From contig NC_083279.1 of the NCBI RefSeq assembly GCF_963506605.1, positions 87,234,001-87,298,000 on the forward strand: a stretch of DNA of 64,000 nucleotides. Direction: 5' to 3'. The notes below the pieces were generated by a model that worked only from the letters and a program-made list of their open reading frames with translations, was not told where the DNA came from and did not search any database. Made by a program: the position numbers and the translations under genes. The DNA is from Zootoca vivipara. Lineage: Eukaryota. How positions within the stretch are numbered: the first letter of the stretch is position 1; the number at the start of each line of letters is the position of its first letter. Below, piece after piece: positions 20,695 through 45,393 of this stretch.

Positions 20695-22265
20695 CAGAGA
20701 GGCTTAACAGTCAATGCTTCTTCACAGGGAACTCTGAGATTCGTAGCTCTGAGAAAAGGAACAGGAATCTCCTAACAACTCTCAACACCCTTAACAAACT
20801 ACATCTCCCAGGATTCTTTGCGGGAAGCCATATTTAAATGAATGGTGTGAAAGTGACCCCAGTTTCTAAATAGCAGTTGCTCAGCACAAATAGTAAGAGA
20901 GATTGAGTTGCCTCGGTGCCTTCTGTTTGTGATTTCCAGATACTGGACTCGATGGATCTTCCTTCAAAAACTTTCTTTTCTTTTTGTATTAATAAAACGC
21001 ATGATATAAAACAAGACCTGATTTGATGGTTTGATCGCCTCCTATTGCGCCTCTAATTACGTTGTCTTCCATAGATTTTGCCGTGTATTTTACTATTTAT
21101 TTGCAAGCCACTCTGAGGCACTTGTGACTAATAAGCCCCCAACCTGCGACCGTGTTATGTACTGAGCGTCAGCCATCATTCTGTACCCACTGAAATTAAA
21201 ATTTTGCAATGTTAATTTCAGAAGGCACATATTTCCGTTCACAAGTTGTGGAGGCTTGTCCATCTGAAAAATCTGTTTGATCTGAAGACTCTGAAAGCAA
21301 ATATAAGGCATTATTTCCACGGCCTACTTAAAAAGCCCTATGGCAGGCTTCCTCAACCCCGGCCCTCCAGATGTTTTTGGCCTACAACTCCCATGATCCC
21401 TAGCTAGCAGGACAAGTGGTCAGGGATGATGGGAATTGTAGTCTCAAAACAAGGTTGAGGAAGCCTGCCCTATGGTTTGACCAGCCTCTCTCTTCCCCTC
21501 ATGCTTTACTTTAATGCCTACATTAACTAAAGCTTCAAATGAAAATTCTAACCCAGCCTGGAAGCTAGGCAGTGTATATCAATGTTATAAGTCTGTAGTT
21601 AACTGACTGTATACCCTAAAATGTTCCCCACAATCTTTTGCCATGCAAAGGGGTTTGATTGCTGAAATGCAAGAGGCTCTTCAGAAAACAAGTTAACATG
21701 GTAAGGGTAAATAATATGCTAGGTATTGGTAAGGGGATAGATCAGTTATATCTAATTCTCTACACACCCACATGTGTGAGTTAGCAAACAAAAGAAAAAT
21801 GGCTGGTGCCTGTTTTAACAAATGCAGGACTAGTGCGTAAAGAGCCCCAGTAGCATTCTTTAAATCCCACTGTTAGGCAGGTTTAGTGAAATATAAGAAG
21901 AGGCTTTTAAACCTTCTTTTAAAGCATTCCAACTACTTCAGGCAACTAGCTCCCTTTCCCCCTTCTGCAGAGAAACAGACCACACACTGAAGTAAGTTTA
22001 AAATATATTTTACTTACAGTTGTGCATTGTTCTTATCAGCAATAAGAAAATGCAGGTAAATGTTCTTAGTGGAAAAAATACATCAAAGAATGTTGAGGCA
22101 ACTACTGAAATGGTTTAACTTTTTTTAGAAGACCCCCCAATGTTGTTGAGTTTTTGGTTTTTTAAAAACAAAAATGCCAAAAATTTGTGATTTTTCAATT
22201 GACTTGCCTTTGAAATCCCAGTAATGTATAGCAACTCTAGGCATGTCTGCCTCTGTCACTTGCAG

Positions 22266-22267
<2 letters not shown>

Positions 22268-22335
<68 letters not shown>
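22268..22335. repeat. (GA)n microsatellite
   Basis: Uninterrupted GA run. Confidence 0.95.
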
Positions 22336-22339
<4 letters not shown>

Positions 22340-22964
22340 GGAACAGGAAATGAGCCTTACTTCCTCTCAGGAGGAGAGGAGAGGCAACACCACTGAACCT
22401 TCTCTGACAATTTAGAACTCTGTGGTCTGTAACCCTCTCACATACTAACTATCACCGTTAGGTTTGATTTCAAATCTCTCACAGATAGATACTTCTAACT
22501 CAAAGCAACCTAAAATTGCCAAAACCCACCCCACCATTTGAAGAGAGACAAAAAGAAACAGAACTGTAACCTTTGTGCAAAATTTCTGAAAACCTAATGC
22601 AACATATGGCAGATAAGGAGTGTTGCGGCTCCTGCTAAGCAGATGCTCCATTTGTAAATGCCTTTTTCTTCCATTATTAATGACTAGGTCCCACTTTTTA
22701 TAGGAACTTGAAAAACCACAAGAGACTGCAGGAAAACTGCACTCAGAGCGATCTTGAAAGATGGATCTCTGTTACAAAGGCAGACATGCAAAGGAAAGGC
22801 ACCCCTTGAAAACTATGGCTCTTAATCAGCAATCTAAGTTCAGATTTCACAGCAGAGATGGGCGACCTTTTCTCTGTAGAGACTTGAGCACCACATTCTC
22901 TTGGGGGCAATGTGTTGGGAGGTGCATGGTAGCAGAGGGTAGGGCCACCCCCCTTTCTTAAAAA

Positions 22965-23405
22965 CATAAGAAGAGCCAGCTGGATCAGGCCAATGGCCCA
23001 CCCTGTCCAGCATCCTGACCAGGTGCCTATGGGGAGCTCACAACAGGACTTCAGCACATGAACCCTCTCCCCTCCTGCAGTTTCTAGCAACTGCTATTCA
23101 GATGCATTTCTACCTTTGAAAGTGGAGGTGGAGCATAGCCATTGTGACGGGTAGCCATGGAAAGCCTGGTCCACTATGATTTTGTCCAATCCTCTTTTTA
23201 ATCCATCCAATATGGTGGCCATCACTGCATCCCATGGAAGCGAGTTCCATAGTTTAACGATGTGCTGGACAAAGAAGTACTTTCTTTGATCTTCCAACAT
23301 TTAGGTCCATGAGTTTATCTCATTATCAGAGCTTTTCACTACCCACTCTTTCCATGCCATGTATAACATTTTACACTTCTATTGTGTCAACTCTTATTCA
23401 CCTTT
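22965..23405 (-). mobile_element. Old CR1-like LINE fragment
   Basis: Minus-strand translation RKYFFVQHIVKLWNSLPWDAVMATILDGLKRGLDKI, plus an AACATAAGAA tail-type sequence. Confidence 0.65.
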
Positions 23406-23408
23406 TCA

Positions 23409-23440
<32 letters not shown>

Positions 23441-23441
<1 letters not shown>

Positions 23442-23735
23442 GTGATATTATTTATACCCTGCCCATCTGGCTGGGTTTCACCAGCCACTATTGGAGGCTT
23501 ACAGCACATATAAAACATAGCAAAACACCAAACATTAAAAAACTTGCCTGATACAGGGCTGCCTTCAGATGTCTTCTAAAAGTTGTGTAGTTCTTTATCT
23601 CCTTGACAACTCAAGGGAGGGTGTTCCACTGGAAGGGTGCCACTACCGAAAAGGCCCTCTGCCTGGCTCCCTATAACTTCGCTTCTCGCAGTGAGGGAAC
23701 CACCAGAAGACCCTCAGAGGAGGACCTCAGTGTCT
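23441..23735 (-). mobile_element. L2-like LINE 3' fragment with adjacent (GAT)n tail
   Basis: Reverse-complement similarity to 46400-46783. (GAT)n at 23409-23440. Confidence 0.6.
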
Positions 23736-24919
23736 AAACAAAAAAGTCTCCATTGGTCTCATCCACTCAATCTGGTGGAGCCTGTCTTCGCATGCAGGGG
23801 AAGTCCCTAACTCAGCACCTCGCACCAGGTTTAGCCAGCCACGTGTCCACAGTCGCATGCTGACAGCTTCTAAGAGTCACAGCTGAGTGGAGAGTCAGGT
23901 GGGGACGAAAGGTGGACAAACTACCCAGAAGGAGCATGATGTGCAGGGGTGGAGGAAGGGGTGTGTGGTGGGTGCGTTCCACCCTGGGTGCCACCACTGA
24001 GGGGGGTGACAAAATGCCGGGCGGCATTCACCGCGGGGCCTGCAGCGTGCCCAAACCACATGTCTCTCCTGGGAGAGACGCAGTGGCTTGGGTACACACA
24101 GGTTCCACACTGCCCAGACGATCCGCCCACTGCCTTCCCTCTAGCTGTAGGATGGCTGAGTGGGAGAAGGAAGGCAGACTCTGGAGGCCCTGTGGTGCGC
24201 CCCGCCCCTATGGGCAGCTTGCTCCGCTCCTGCTGATGACGTGTCCCCCACCAGGGGTCCCCTAGCACCCCAAACACTCCTACTCCTTGAAATCAGACCT
24301 ACTGAAATTAATGGGCCTAACTTAGTCGTGCTCATTCATTCCAATGAGTCTACTCTGAACTGCATACGACCCTATGCCTGTTTACTCGGAACCAGAACGA
24401 AGTCCAGCTCAGTTTAGGATTTCCCTCAGAAGTAAGCCCAGCTCAGCGCAGTGTAACAGGCAGAACAGAAACCAGAGGAATTATTCATCTGCTTGTCATG
24501 CGGCAGAGCCGGCTGAGTGGCTCATTTCCTGAAAGGAACATTACACTGCTTGCTGCTGCTGCTGTTCTCCGCCAATTGCATCCTCAATCAATATCGGAGG
24601 GAGGGTAGATATTTATTTATTTTAAGGGCGTGAGAGCCGAGGCAAAGAGCCAGGCTTCACCTCACAGTTCGGTGTGGGTTTTCCAAGGGAAGGCTCTGCG
24701 TCTGAGGGAACGCGGTGAAACCTGAGGGAACCTGCAGAGACTAACCCACACAGCCCCTCGGGTATCCGATTGTTTGCTGGCTTCCAGGAAGAGGGGATGG
24801 AAGAGAAGAACAGGGTGTGGGACGGACAAGACACACACACACACCCCAATCTGGATTCTGACATGCGGTTCTCCAGACACTGGATTAAATGAAGGCCGGC
24901 AAACGTTTCCCGTCTTCTG

Positions 24920-27900
24920 ATGAGGCCTCTCGGCTGTCTGCAGAGCTGCAGACAAGACGTACGGCTAGCAATCGCCATCCTCTGCCTGACAGCTGGCTGG
25001 GCTCTGCCGAGTAAGTGCTTTGGGCTCCTCGCAGTCCCCACACCTCTTTCCGCCGCCAGATCAGGTTGTGGTGCCAGGCGCATTGCTGAGCTCGGGTCCT
25101 GCGTGCAGGTTTGCCACAGGGGTGATCTGCTTGGCCGCTGTGAGAATGGCGCACTGGGCTAGATAGGGTCATTGCTCTGATCCAGAAGAGCCTGTGAACA
25201 TCCCGGTCCCACAGTGGCCAGACAGACGCATGTGGGAAACCCGCAAGTAGGACCCGAGCATAAGAGCACTCTGCTCTCCTCCTGGTTTCCAGCAACTGGC
25301 ATGTTCCTTGTGTGTTCCTTTCCTAAACAGTCTCATCACTTCCATCACTGCTGCCTCCCTGTTTGGTGTTTGTTTGTGTGGTTCAAGATGCATGGAATTG
25401 TTTTTTTAAGACCTTTTTGAAGTTGCTTTTGTTGTTTGCTGGAAAGAAGGGCTGCGTATAAATTAAACAGATTAATTCCTTTTGCTGGTAATCCCCAACT
25501 AGCATGCAGCTCCTGAAGCCCAGCACTGCTAGAGGGGGAAACTTTAGCCTAATAATTGTCTTCCTCCATCTTCTTTTTCATCTCCTTTGCCTTCGGCTCC
25601 CTTCTTCCTTTGTGGCAAAGTGTAAGCATTTGCTGGGCTGTGGGCCAAGGTGGACATGGCAGGTCGCTTAGATTTAGAATAATAGAATCACAGAATTGCA
25701 GAGTTGGAAGGGACCACGAGGGTCATCTAGCGGCCCAACCCCCAGGAATCTTTCGCCCAATGTGAGGCTTGAATCCATGACCCTGAGATTAAGAGTCTCA
25801 TGCTCTACTGACTGAGCTATTCTCTGGGGTTTTTTTTCAGTTAAGGTATTTGGGCTTGGCCTAAAAAGGAACACAACCTGGTGCGCTCCCCCCCCCTCTC
25901 TCTCACACACACAATCTCTCTGCACACTAGAGTTATTCCTTTGGGCATCTGGAGTCCATATATTACATATTTTCCAAACTGTGTATGTAGTTATACATGG
26001 TTGTATGTGTACCCAACCACACTGCAGTCATTTGAGCCTGTGGTTGCTCCTACCATTGGACAGAGTGAGGCAAGTGCTTCAGGCGGCAGATGCGGAGGGC
26101 AGGCAGGCAGCAGTGGCGATGCGCTGGAGAACAGATCAATTTGTGCTGCATGGCCTGTCCTATGGACCGGCTATCTTGCTGTCCTCAGGTGTGGTTGGAC
26201 ATAGGAGACCACCTCTAGGGTCTGAGGTCCCTCCCCACCCCTGTAAAGTATTTGAGCAAGCTGTCGTCGTCCCCCCCCCCAAGTGGATGGGCATTTCCAT
26301 TCAAATGGTGTGCATGCACTGCCTCATGTGATAACATATGCAGGGCGGGGCTTACCTCCCCCACCCCAATATTTTGTTCAAGTTGGTAGAGCATGAGACT
26401 CTTAATCACAGGGTTGTGGGTTCAAGTCCCACCTTGGCCAAAAAAAATTCCTGCATTGCAGAGGGTTGGATTAGATGACCTATGCAGTCCTTTTCAACTT
26501 CACAATTATATGATTCTAAGTTGGTGGAGGGTGCTGTCCCATTGCCAGTTTTGATGGAAAATCCCACAGCCAGTCTGATCAGCATCTCTATGTAGGAGAA
26601 GGAATCCCCACCTCAGGCAGCAAAATGCCCTGTTTGAGGCTGAAGCACACAGCTGTATTCATCACTTAGAAACTTAGGGAGCTGCCTTATACTGGGGCCA
26701 CCTGTGTTCATCTGTCTCAGCCTTCTCTGATCTGAGGCCCTCCTGACAGCCCCAGCCAGCATGGTTGATAGTCAGGGACGATGGGATTTGTAGTCCAAAA
26801 TTATCCGGAAGGCATCTGGTTGGGGAAGACTGACCAAGCCCTCTCTGCCTGCTCTGACTGGCAGTAATGTTTATGAATGCTGGTTGCTGGGAATCCCAGT
26901 GTGTTTTTGTGCTCATGCCCTGCTTGCAGATTTCCCTCTGTGGTATCTGATTGGTCACTGTGAGAACAGGAGGCTGGACTAGATGGGCCATTGGCTTGAT
27001 CCAGCAGGCTCTTCTCAAGTTCTAACTTTCTGACACAATACCCAAACTGAAACAGGGCTACAAATATCTCTGGCCTTTGCAATGCAATTTTCCAGCCAAG
27101 CAATGTGTACAAAAATGTACACATTATACACAATGTGTACAAAAAAGTGTACAAAATTTGGAGAAAATAATGTACGAAAACACAAAATTGCATACAGAAA
27201 TGTGTACATTGGAATAAGTTGCATTAAAATGACAATGAGTTTCATAAGGATCTCTTTAAAGAACTTAAGGTGTAGCAAAAATAGGCCTAGAGAGAAACCA
27301 AATGTAACAGATTTGTCCATCCCGAGTGACACTAAATAGCTGGCCTCCTCACAACCAAATTTATTTTTATTCATGGCATTTACAGTATATCCCACCTTTC
27401 GCTCCAGGTAGCACACGTGTGTCTCCCCCTCCTCATTCAATCCCCACAACAACCCCATGATCTTAGTCTGAGAGGTAGTGACCAGCCCAATATCACCCAG
27501 AGAGCTTTGTGTTCGAGTGGGGATTCGAATCCTGGTCTCCCTGGTCTTAGATGAGCACTCTAGCCAGGGTTTCCCAAACCTGGGTCTTCAGCTGGTTTTT
27601 TTTGAACTACAACTCCCATCATCCCTAGCTAGTAGGGCCAGTGGTCAGGGGTGATGGGAACTGTAGTCCAAAATCAGCTGGAGACCCAAGTTTGGGAGAC
27701 GATGCTCTAAGCATTGTTTATATGCCACCCTAGCTCAACACAGACAAGGCCAATCCATCACCCAAAGAAAGGCCGACTTCCCCCTTTGCTTTCTTCTTCC
27801 AGCTCGAGGAGGAGAAGCATCATTGCTGGTCTCACAACCCAACATGAACACCACGGTGGCGCAGAACGTTTTGCTGTCCGTTGCGCATACCTTTGGAGGC

Positions 27901-30900
27901 TCCCCCGTCATCAAGTGGACCCACACGTCACCCAGGGGCACGTCCAAAATTGCCGAGTGGAAACCGCGAAGCTACGCCAACATATCCAGCGGCTACGTAG
28001 ACAGAGTGAAGATTTATGACAATGGTTCTCTTCAGCTGCTGAACGTCGATATCAGAGATACTGGTTATTACTTAGTCACGGTGAGAGAAGAGTTTGGGAT
28101 CACCATCTATGGCACCATCCTGTTGAATGTTTATGGTATGAAATGAGAGGATTTAATATTTTCTCTATTGCCGACTGCTCGCAATTCGCTCTTTGGCAGG
28201 AGTTGGGAGCTAAAGCTGGGCTGAATATCCCCATCCCACAATTTCATCATAGGAATGCTTGGCTCGCGCAGAAATGGGAAAGGTGATAGTTGGAGAGTTT
28301 TCAGGGGGTAGGCAGACTTTTAAGCCTGACCTTAAGTGGAGAATGTTTCCCTTCTTTCTTTTTCACCTCCTGCCTTACCACCCAAAACCAGGTACAGTAT
28401 GTCCTTGATCACCACAAGGTGTTTTTTCACACATTCAGCTGAATTTGAGTTAGAAGCCTCTTGCAGACCTTCCCTGCTTGATGCGGGGGAGCTCAGGAAC
28501 ACAATGTCCACAGATAGATCATTCACCTGTTCAGGTAAATGTCCGAGAATGTGCCAAGAAGCTGGCATCTGACTAATAAATGAACGGATATTTATCTATC
28601 TAGCAAATTCATTGCCACCAAATTACCAGCAGTGGTTCAGGGTTGGGTCACTGTCAATTGCCATCATGGATCATTTGCTAAGTGTTGTTGTTGTTGTTGT
28701 TGTTGTTGTTAAGGTTTATTGGATGAATAGATGTGCCGTGTTTCTCCAAAAATAAGCCATACCCCGAAAATATGCCATACCCCGAAAATAAGCCATAGTG
28801 ATAGGCAGTTTAACCTTGTAGGTTAACCTTGTAGGTTAAACTGTACCATACTTAATAAAAAAAGACATCCCCTGAAAATAAGCCACCGTGTGTTTTTTTT
28901 GAGGAAAAATAAATATAAGACGGTGTCTTATTTTTGGAGAAACACGGTATATTCTCTGATTCAGGGGGATTCCCATTCTACCCAGGGGCAGAGCAAGCTG
29001 TGGTTTTGGTGCTGCCAAAACGGTCCGCCTGCTGGCTCCCTCTGAGCTGTAGGGTGGCAGACAGACTCCTCATCATCTCTGTGATAAAAAACCAACAACT
29101 CTAGCTCTGCACAAAATGCTCACCAACTTTGGCTCCTCCCAAAAATATGAAATAAAGTCAAACCATTTTTGCAGGGTGACAAGAAATTTTCTGCACCAGG
29201 TACCACCTGACCTTGCTACATCACTGATTCTACATCTTGTTATCCTGATCTGGGAACCCTAAGGCATTACAGCAGGACAAAACCTTATGAAATAGAGAAT
29301 TAAAAACCTGATAAAGATCAGGTTTTCAACAGATAGAGGGTGGTGGCCAGTGGCTTCTCCTTCTGTGTGTTTGTGTGCTGTCTGCCTTTGCCTTTCTCAT
29401 TGCTGAGGGAGACTTCAATGAAAGTGAGATGCAGCCAGGATCTAAGTCAGACCATGGCAACAGAATGTAAAGTCCTGGGGGAGAGTAACCTGTGCCAGGT
29501 TTGTGGTCCCGTTTCTGAATGCTTCCCACGTAAGAATCCCCAACTCCTCCCTGCAAGTAAACAATGAGCATGGGACGGCGAACGCTTTTATTTGCATAGG
29601 GAAACATTTCAAAATGCAATTGCTTTGACTGCCCACCTCCACCAAAAACCCAAAACAGATACAACTCCATTTCTATATCATTGCTCTACTGCAGGGGGGG
29701 CCAACTCTCAAGAGACTGTGATCTACTTGGGGGTAAGCTGTTAAGCTTTTTTTTAAGGAGGAGGAAAGCCCTGTTTTTTTAGAAGTTGTTGAGCTTTTGT
29801 AGGGGAGCCAAAGTTGTTGAGCTTCTTTGGGGCGAGCCAGTGATCTACCACAGACGTCCAGTGATCTACCGGTAGATCACGGTCTTCCTGTTGGACATGC
29901 CTGCTCTCCTGCATAGGTAGAACAAACTCCAGATAAGTCACAAGGGTGATTGATGGCAGCGGCGGTGGGGAAATTCAGAAACAGAGAGGTCCAAAAGCAA
30001 TGAGGGCTTGGCAAAAAGGCTCAGCTGGGATCCTGCCAGACAACCTGTTTATTCAGCATTCATCCTGATTTGCTTGCACAAAGCTTATGCCATGGTTAAA
30101 TGGTATCTGATATTTACTGTGCATTTGTTTGTGGGGAGGTAATTCAACAAGGAACATTCCCCCTGGTTTGCTTGATTACACACCCTCCCATTAATCATGT
30201 GTTCACTTCCCAATGCATATGACTGTCACTTTCCTAGTTGCAAAAGGTGTTATGGTTTTTTCCCCTTCTTAGTGCATTTGTTGTGCTGGGGTGACAGAGG
30301 ACTTTAAACCCCTTTAATTGTGCAAACCTAAATAAAGGATGTGCACTTGAATCTATCCCACAGGATAGTGATAGTCTGGAGGCACCCCTCGATGACTCAT
30401 GATTTCTTTTCCAAGTGTCCTAAGTCAACTTTCACTGTGTTGTCTGCCTCCCCTTTTCCTTCAGAGATTATCTATGAAGACCTGCATTTCGTAGCCGTCA
30501 TTTTTGCCTTCCTCGCAGGTGTGTCTGCCATTCTAGTCTGCCTCATGTGGCTGTGCAATAAATTAATGCAGCTGTTTCAGAAGGAGAGGCACCGGATCAA
30601 AGGTAATCTTTGCAGCAGCATGTAAAGGAAATAAATAATCTTTCATTTGCTCCAACTGTACCTGTTTGTCAGAGATAGCTCCTGATTTGGGGGGTGGGGT
30701 TTGCTATCCATTCTCGGAAAATGGTTTCTTTGGAGGATGCTTCGTTGAATTGTTGTTATTGCGAGTTGCAAACACTGTTCTTCAGCAGGAATCGGAAACC
30801 AGCGACCCTGCAGTTGGCAGTCCAGCTCCCATCAGCCCCAACAAACATAGCAGAGATCAGGAATTACAAGAGTTGTAGTTCTCCATTCCTCTTAAGAAGA

Positions 30901-33471
30901 GTTTAGCTCCATGGACATTAATCTGGGAAGCACATGCATATTTCTTTAATGCACACCTGTAACTTTAAAAATGGGCCACGGGTGGCGCTGTGGTCTAAAC
31001 CACAGAGTCTAGGGCTTGCCAATCAGAAGGTTGGCGGTTCGAATCCCCACGACGGGGTGAGCTCCCGTTGCTCGGCTCCTGCTCCTGCCCACCTAGCAGT
31101 TCGAAAGCACGTCAAAGTGCAAGTAGATAAATAGGTACCACTCTGGCAGGAAGGTAAACGGTGTTTCTGTGCGCTGCTCTGGTTCGCCAGAAGCGGCTTA
31201 GTCATGCTGGCCACATGACCTGGAAGCTGTCTGCGGACAAACACCAGCTCCCTCGGCCTGTAGAGCAAGATGAGTGCGCAATCCCAGAGTCATCCGTGAC
31301 TGGACCTTATGGTCAGGGGTACCTTTACCTTTAAAAATGCATGCACGTGAGCACTAAAGCAGCTAGTGCCACTGGCATTTTACATTCTGCAGCAGTATAA
31401 TTTGAACTCTGATCCTACTCAGGGACAGTGCTGAATGCATGCTAGGAAACTTGCATGTATGCATACTTCAACCCTTAAACACACTCGCAGAAGATGCACA
31501 TCTTTTACAATGCACAACCCTGGGAATGTGTCTAAGGGACATTGGGACCCAGGGATTATCATCTACACTGGGATCTCAATTTGAGTGCCAAAGCACAGTT
31601 ACACACGAGACAGTTGCAACAGTATATTAAACAGTTGTGACATTCTTTCCCATCTCTTCAGGAGGCAGGAATTTCTTAGCAGGCAAATCAATGTAGGAAG
31701 GATGCCCTGAAAGAGGGATATTTAAAAAAATCAGCCAAGTGTAAATCTGGGCATATGGTACAGACAAACCTCAGTTGTTGAACATAATCCGTTCGGCTTT
31801 TGAAATGTTCGACAACCGAGGCGTGGCTTCCAATTGGTTGCAGGAGCTTCCTGCACTCAGGCAGAAGCCATGTTGGATGTTTGGCTTCCGAAAAACGTTT
31901 GAAAACCGGAGCATTTACTTCCAGGTTTTCATTGTTCGGGAGCCGAAACATTCCAGAATGGAGGCGTCCGGGATCTGAAGTTTGACTGTACCAGCAACAG
32001 TGCTGCAGTATTCAGACTTAATCTCTCTCTCGTCCCCCACCCTCCTTCAGTTCCTCTGCACCTTGTTTGCAAACTGCATTATCTATTTGGCTTGAAAGAT
32101 CTTCGGGCAATTTCAAGCATGCAAAGACATAGACAAACACAGCAGGCTGTTTGCTTTACAACTATGGCAGTGGCAGCTGAGAACACCTGCGGAGAAGGCC
32201 TTATTGTGCCACAGCCCTTGTGCAAACAAGCGGACTTGTCATATCCCTTTCCATGGAATGTCAGAAGTTGCCTTAGATAGGCGATAATTATTTTCCAACT
32301 GGTGGTAGCAGCTCTCTAGGGTATCAGCTAGAGATCTTCCACATCACCTGCAGATAATTTTTAAAAAACAAGAGGTGCTGGGACCCTCTGCTTGCTAAAA
32401 CAAAGTGCACTGCTACTGAGGCACGCCCAGTCCATTTAAAGTGACAGTCCCTCCCTCTTTTGACACTTTGCAGTCCTGCTTCCTTTGCCTCTTGCTGCAA
32501 GACCGCAAACTCTCCCGCTGCTCAGTTTTATGCAACCTATGAGCTTCCTATCAGATTTTTGTGAATGGGACAATCACAACTTCCATCATCCTCGACTGCC
32601 CATCTTGGCTGAGGCGGATGGGAACTGGAGTCTGAGGAGCACAGATTCCCTATTCCTGCAGGATCAATCCCCTTCTAGGCCTCATATGAAGGCACCCCCT
32701 CACCGAAACTATCTTCCTTGCTGAGTGAAAAGTGCCTCTCCTTTGCATACAGATGGTCCCCCTGGTTTAGCTTCATTAACTCCAAAATTTAGGACCCCGC
32801 CCAAACCTGTGCTAAAGTTTTGCAGCCATTTCGCAGCAAAAATCCTGTTTTGCAGTGCTCCCCCCAAAAACCAGGTTTTTCAGTTAACCAAAAATGTAAC
32901 CTTTTCTGAATTGCTTCAATTTGGCAATAGTTTTGCAGTGAACCCTGGCATCTGCCCATAGGGCTGGGAAAAGGGCAGTGCCTTAAAAACCCTGGAGAGC
33001 CATTGCCACTTAGCATAAACGATACTGAACTGGTCTGACTCTCCATTCCCCTCCCGGCAACTCCATTGCCTTTCCATGTTCCATGACTGGGTTTTCTCCA
33101 TACAACTGACACCAGAGCAGATCTGGAAAAGGAAGGATATCAAGAGAAATAGCATCTGCAAAGCTGCTGTAAATGTAGTGCACACACTTTACACTTGGAT
33201 CTTTTGGTTTAATTGGTACAGATTTCAGAGGGGAGGTGTAGTATAAACATGGGCCTGTTTAGGGGAGATTATGTAACACTAATGCCCTGTTTATAGAGAT
33301 TTGCAGCAGGTTTTCACTATGCTCATGAGTTGTATGCCATTATCTCTTAGCTATGTTTTTTATTTTGGAACTGCTCCTTTCCAGTCGATCCGTTCTCTAA
33401 ACAACTACATTCTCCTTTCATTTACAGCAAGCGCAACTGAAGAGACTGAGCTGCAAATGATGGGGTGTTAA
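24920..33471 (+). CDS. VSTM5: V-set and transmembrane domain-containing protein 5, 201 aa
   Basis: Exons 24920-25010 (signal peptide MRPLGCLQ...), 27803-28135 (IgV: KIAEWKP..YANIS..YVDRV..YDNGSLQL..VDIRDTGYY.VTV), 30465-30602 (EIIYEDLHFVAVIFAFLAGVSAILVCLMWLCNK, TM) and 33428-33471 (ASATEETELQMMGC*). 606 nt, in frame, next to MED17 as expected from synteny. Confidence 0.95.
28736..28947. mobile_element. TcMar/pogo-like MITE
   Basis: Perfect 21-bp TIR CCGTGTTTCTCCAAAAATAAG, TA on the right flank. Confidence 0.8.
30974..31328 (+). mobile_element. Sauria SINE
   Basis: A/B boxes, ACCTTT tail, TSD CTTTAAAAATG (30963-30973, 31329-31339). Confidence 0.9.
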
Positions 33472-33869
33472 ATGTGGAACAGTTTAGATGTACGAGACAA
33501 TTTTCTACCTCAAAAATGAACACTAGTAAGAGAGGAGACAGGCATCCAGAAGACACAAGATGTATGTTTCTTCTGTTGTAAGATATTTCCTGAACCAGAA
33601 AAGCAAAGATTAATTGGAAGCTGATTCAGAGACGCTTTTGAGAGATACTGTGGAATTTACAATGGACAGAACATGTAAAGAGGACGGAATGCTTCTGTTG
33701 TTCAACCTGTATCAAGAACAAACACTTAAACTTTGCACTGGCAAATATGACGACGACATGACTGAGGACTTCATGTGCTAAAATTTGCACCCACGATAGT
33801 GGACAATCTTGAATGTGCATAGGTAGGGGGGGGGGGAATGCAGCCTTTTAAGGAAGGTGCAACTGTTTA

Positions 33870-34056
33870 CAGTGGTACCTCGGGTTAAGAACTTAATTCT
33901 GGAGGTCTGTTCTTAACCTGAGGTACCACTTTAGCTAATGGGGCCTCCTGCTGCCGCCGCACGATTTCTATTCTCATCCTAAAGCAAAGTTCTTAACCCG
34001 AGGTACTATTTCTGGGTTAGCGGAATCTGTAGCGTCTGTAACCCGAGGTACCACTG
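33870..34056. mobile_element. Tigger-like MITE in the putative VSTM5 3' UTR
   Basis: TA|CAGTGGTACCTCGGGTTA...TAACCCGAGGTACCACTG|TA. Confidence 0.8.
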
Positions 34057-35045
34057 TATTAACTTATTCCATTTTAGAAACAAATTAAAGTAGTAATGGG
34101 CAACTCGCATCAAAAACATTTACCGATGATTGGGTTTTTAATTTAAAGAATAAACCAACATTAGAATGATGAAGTTCAAGTTCTTTCATTGACCTTTTGA
34201 TGTTAGACGACAAGATGAGCATCCCATTTACTTATTTCTATCCCTCCCCTGTTTTTCTGGCACTCAGGACGGTGTAGATGGGGATCATCTCATTTTGTCC
34301 TCACAACCACCTTGTGAGGTAGGTCAGGCTAAGAGTGATATGGCTCAGTGGGGATTTTAATACGGCTTTCTAACTTCTAAATACAGTACTGCATACACTA
34401 TGCCACAAGCTTGCATTGATATTTTGCATTTAATTCCCTGTGCTTGTATGTCTTTGGAATGACAATAGCATTCCAATAGAATGGTTAAACGAAATGGTGC
34501 TCGCAACTGTCTTTAGCTGTGGCTGTTGGTGAATGTTTCAGGAATAAAACTGACAAATAAGCTGCCTTGTTAAGTGTTTTGATCATCATTAATAAAGAGT
34601 TATTACCTGAACATACATCTGTGACATCAAAAGTCACAGATGCGGATCTGAGCACTGCAGAAATAACTACTGCTATGGCAAAGACCTCCTCTAAATGGAA
34701 ATGTTCCAGCCTGTTCTGGGCTGCCCTTGCTAAACTGGGCATAACCACATTTTCTACAGAAGCAGCCCAGGTAATCCCTTTATAAAGATGGGGCAAAGAG
34801 GACTTCCATTTTGCAAATCTCGTGAACTATTCATCAAGGACTTTGGACTCGAGCAAGACAACAGCAGTGTAATTCAACATTCAGAAATGGCAGGAGAAAT
34901 TGCTTCCAGAAATTGCTTCTGGGGGGAGGAGAAAAATGAAATGAATGACGTTTCACACGTTATGCAACTTTAGAACCATCAGGAGTGTATAAGAGTCATT
35001 CCCTTTTGTGCCAAAACAATAGTCCTTTTTGTTTCGTCGCTAAGC

Positions 35046-45393
<10,348 letters not shown>

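Noticed and set aside
21775-22442. LTR-like segment with TGTGAG...CTCACA ends
   Set aside because: No matching target-site duplication, so boundaries cannot be supported.
29333-29567. Possible alternative hydrophobic VSTM5 exon after TTTCAACAG
   Set aside because: In the phase set by exon 2 it stops after about 24 codons with no homology. More likely an old repeat fragment.
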